A stretch of 63,991 bases of DNA, filler included, from Lama guanicoe (Eukaryota), in assembly GCA_013239625.1 (NCBI GenBank). It is 75 parts of 75 records of this genome, joined end to end, with 100 filler letters (N's around TTAATTAATTAA, not from the genome) between each part and the next. Parts side by side here need not be neighbours in the genome. Positions count along the whole stretch, not along the records: positions 62,271 to 63,461 come from MU055875.1; positions 63,562 to 63,991 come from PNXV01017119.1; 73 more parts are not named here. The stretch is one strand, 5' to 3'. Made by a program: the position numbers and the translations under genes. Positions 62,271 to 63,991 of this stretch are shown here, piece after piece; positions within the stretch are counted from its first letter, which is position 1; each line of letters starts with the position of its first letter. Below the pieces are notes generated by a model, which was not told the origin of the DNA, did no database searches, and saw only the letters and a list, made by a program, of their open reading frames with translations.

Positions 62271-63461
62271 ATAGAATACAGAATACTGAATATAAAATTT
62301 AGAATATAGGATGTAAAACTCAGAATAAAGAATATAGAATACGGAATGCAGAATATATTATGTAGAATATAGAATGAAGAACACATATATAGAATATAGA
62401 ATGGAGAATATAGAACTCAGAATTTAGAAACGGAATGCAGAACAGGGAATTTCGAATATAGAATACAGAATACTGAATAAAGATTTTAGAATATTGAATT
62501 TAGAAAACAGAATATGGAGTGTAGAATACGGAATGCAGAATATATCATGTAGAAAATAGAATGAAGACCATAGAATTTAGAATATAGAATACAGAATACT
62601 GAATATAGGATTTAGAACATGGAATGCAGAACTCAGAATTTAGAATATAGAATAGAGAATACTGAATATAGATTTTTGAACATGGAATGTAGAACCCAAA
62701 TTATAGAATATAGAATACCGAATACTGAATATAGATTTTAGAATGTATAATATAGAACACAGATTATAGAATATAGAAGAGAGAATATTGAACCCAGAAT
62801 ATAGAACATGGAATGCAGAACACAGAATTTAGAATATATAATACAGAATACTAAATAAAGAATTTACAATATAGAATGTAGAACACAGAGTATACAATAT
62901 AGAATANNNNNNNNNNNNNNNNNNNNNNNNNNNNNNNNNNNNNNNNNNNNNNNNNNNNNNNNNNNNNNNNNNNNNNNNNNNNNNNNNNNNNNNNNNNNNN
63001 NNNNNNNNNNNNNNNNNNNNNNNNNNNNNNNNNNNNNNNNNNNNNNNNNNNNNNNNNNNNNNNNNNNNNNNNNNNNNNNNNNNNNNNNNNNNNNNNNNNN
63101 NNNNNNNNNNNNNNNNNNNNNNNNNNNNNNNNNNNNNNNNNNNNNNNNNNNNNNNNNNNNNNNNNNNNNNATATAGAATACAGAATACTGAATATAGAAT
63201 ATAGAATATACAATGTAGATCACAGAATATAGAATATAGTCTGGAGATTATAGAACCCAGAATTTTGAACATGGAATGTAGAACACAGGATTTAGAATAT
63301 AGAATAGACAATATAGAAACCAGAAATTAGAAGATGGAATTTAGAACACAGGATTTATAATATAGAAAACAAAATACTGAAAATAGTATTTAGAATCCAA
63401 AATGTAGAACACAGAATATAGAATACGGAATGCAGAATATACAATTCAGAATATAGAATTT
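62271..63461. repeat. Satellite A (with gap)
   Basis: tagaata heptamers. Confidence 0.94.
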
Positions 63462-63561
63462 NNNNNNNNNNNNNNNNNNNNNNNNNNNNNNNNNNNNNNN
63501 NNNNNTTAATTAATTAANNNNNNNNNNNNNNNNNNNNNNNNNNNNNNNNNNNNNNNNNNNN

Positions 63562-63800
63562 GCGGGTCACTGCCCCTCCGCATGCCGCAGTCAGATGTTG
63601 CAGACTGGCCCGGTAGGAGGGCGGGGTCGTGCCCCCTCCCAGCACCTCGGCCAGGGGCTGTGTTCCTGCCTGACAGGCGGGGGGCCGCTCTCCGTCTACC
63701 TGCGCCGCCCAGGTGGGCGCTCCGCAGGTGGGCTCGGGAAGACCCAGGGACAGCCTTGTCCCTGCTCCGAGCCAAAACCCAGCTCCTTGGTTGTCTTTGT
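63562..63800. promoter_or_regulatory. CpG/GC-rich segment with GC box
   Basis: High GC with many CpGs, gggcgggg at ~63619, and a possible donor ccag|gtgggc. Confidence 0.3.
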
Positions 63801-63991
63801 GCAGCAAGTTCCCTGAGGGACCAGGGTGGAAGGATCCTATCTGCCCCGGGCTGTAGGCCCGTCTCAGTCTGGACTTTGAGGCTGCTATGTCCTTTGGTGC
63901 GGGTGCAGGTTTCACCCCCGCCTGGGTGCTCAGTGCCAGGGGATATGGTGGCTGTGCCTGAGCCCCGCCTCTCTTCCCCTGAAAAGTTTCC

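Overview
This window is not a contiguous locus. It is a concatenation of about 75 short unplaced mammalian scaffolds, about 0.2-1.8 kb each, joined by an artificial 100-bp linker (N44-TTAATTAATTAA-N44; 74 linkers counted by eye). Camelid-type tRNA-derived SINEs suggest a camelid source, probably alpaca/llama (inference). The content is mostly heterochromatic. It includes a 7-bp-periodic TAGAATA satellite, a 249-bp satellite with a diverged ~247-bp trimeric relative, a 267-bp GC-rich satellite with a diverged relative, 40-bp and 16-bp minisatellites, and many LINE-1, L2, MIR and ERV fragments. Recognisable gene-derived pieces are an EMID1 processed pseudogene, an OR5G-type olfactory receptor pseudogene, a COX1 NUMT inside GGA repeats, and a candidate two-exon 5' end of a lineage-expanded gene. 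Most ORFs in the supplied track are artefacts of N runs, linkers or satellites. I found no CRISPR array, intact protein-coding gene or novel multi-gene system. Adjacency between scaffolds carries no biological meaning. The best leads are structural: hairpin-bounded NUMT junctions, two satellite superfamilies with higher-order structure, dead L1 copies amplified after inactivation, an L1 twin-priming inversion, and perfect hairpins inside retroelements.
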